Source: a bacterium (GTDB lineage: Bacteria > UBA6262 > WVXT01). From it: DNA of 17,201 nucleotides. Position 1 is the first letter of the stretch, and each line of letters begins with the position of its first letter. The position numbers and the translations under genes are program-made. The stretch spans positions 1 to 17,201 of the forward strand of contig JBHIBS010000029.1 in NCBI GenBank assembly GCA_046759165.1, in the 5' to 3' direction. Positions 16,869 to 17,201 of the stretch are shown piece by piece. Under the pieces are notes generated by a model. That model did not search any database and had not been told where the DNA came from. It saw nothing but the letters and a program-made list of their open reading frames with translations.

Positions 16869-17013
16869 AATTATCTGTTATCATGCCAGTTTTAATGAGG
16901 AGAGTACGATAGAAAAAATCATCCAAATGGTAAAAAGAGTAAGTATTGATAAGCAAATTATTATAGTCGGTGATGGTTCCACTGATAGGACGAGAGAAAT
17001 ATTGAAAGTTTGA
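16865..17013 (+). pseudogene. Glycosyltransferase family 2 N-terminal remnant (frameshifted, truncated)
   Basis: ATG overlaps the preceding TGA. Reads MKLSVIMPV, then a frameshift in the T run at about 16890-16893, then NEESTIEKII...KQIIIVGDGSTDRTREILKV*. The usual VDDGS motif reads VGDGS. Confidence 0.85.
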
Positions 17014-17021
17014 TGGTCTAC

Positions 17022-17050
17022 TTGACAAAAGGTTGTTTTTGGAATAAATT
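17022..17050 (+). promoter_or_regulatory. Sigma70-type promoter for the tRNA-Gly transcript
   Basis: TTGACA (17022-17027), 17-nt spacer, TAAATT (17045-17050). Confidence 0.65.
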
Positions 17051-17062
17051 TTTTGATTAAGG

Positions 17063-17139
17063 GTGCCGGTCGCGACGAATAAGGAGCGACGACTGAGTGA
17101 AACGAGGGAAAGGCACGGGCGCGAGATGGTGAGCGCCCG
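17063..17139 (+). other. GC-rich structured element with three tandem-GA hairpins in the tRNA leader
   Basis: Pairings visible by eye: GTGCC/GGCAC encloses GTCGC-GA-C..G-GA-GCGAC and CT-GA-GT-GAA-AC-GA-GG, followed by GGGCGC-GA-gatggt-GA-GCGCCC. Confidence 0.55.
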
Positions 17140-17149
17140 GGGAATTGAA

Positions 17150-17201
17150 GCGGGCGTAATTCAGTGGTAGAATGCAAGCTTCCCAAGCTTGACGTCGTGG
17201 G
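17150..17201 (+). tRNA. tRNA-Gly(CCC), 3' part beyond the window
   Basis: GCGGGCG-TA-ATTC-AGTGGTA-GAAT-G-CAAGC-TTCCCAA-GCTTG-ACGTC-GTGGG. Anticodon CCC at 17182-17184. Confidence 0.95.

Noticed and set aside
17090-17116. Hammerhead ribozyme suggested by CTGAGTGA...GAAA
   Set aside because: The core does not match CUGANGA-stem II-GAAA spacing, and stems I and III with a cleavage triplet cannot be built.
16881-17186. 101-aa minus-strand ORF
   Set aside because: It is antisense to tRNA-Gly, its leader and the GT2 relic, and has no protein-like features.

Overview
Bacterial chromosomal segment of moderate-to-low GC, mostly housekeeping genes on the + strand. The left end (1-~770) looks like the edge of an AT-rich foreign or integrated element: a partial nuclease-like ORF, a small ORF and a 31-nt tRNA-Arg(CCU) fragment. 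It abuts a 5'-truncated PorV/PorQ-family beta-barrel gene. A clear sigma70-type promoter then drives a tightly packed run: queuosine-precursor transporter (YhhQ/QPTR), a small 2-hydroxyacyl-CoA-dehydratase-like putative Fe-S protein, a HgdC/BadF-type ATP-dependent activase, endonuclease IV, SppA and a nucleotidyltransferase. Next come RNase Z (minus strand), an NTPase, DUF62 SAM hydrolase/halogenase, DUF456, an Opp/Dpp BCDF transporter with no binding protein in the window, a short MerR regulator, a DinG helicase, a tRNA nucleotidyltransferase with CC-adding hallmarks, a GT2 pseudogene and tRNA-Gly(CCC), cut by the window end. The best candidate for an undescribed system is the yhhQ-linked minimal dehydratase/activase pair, which may be an ATP-driven reductive enzyme in queuosine metabolism; this is inference. 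Second is a three-hairpin tandem-GA structured element in the tRNA-Gly leader. All calls come from reading motifs by eye; no searches were run.
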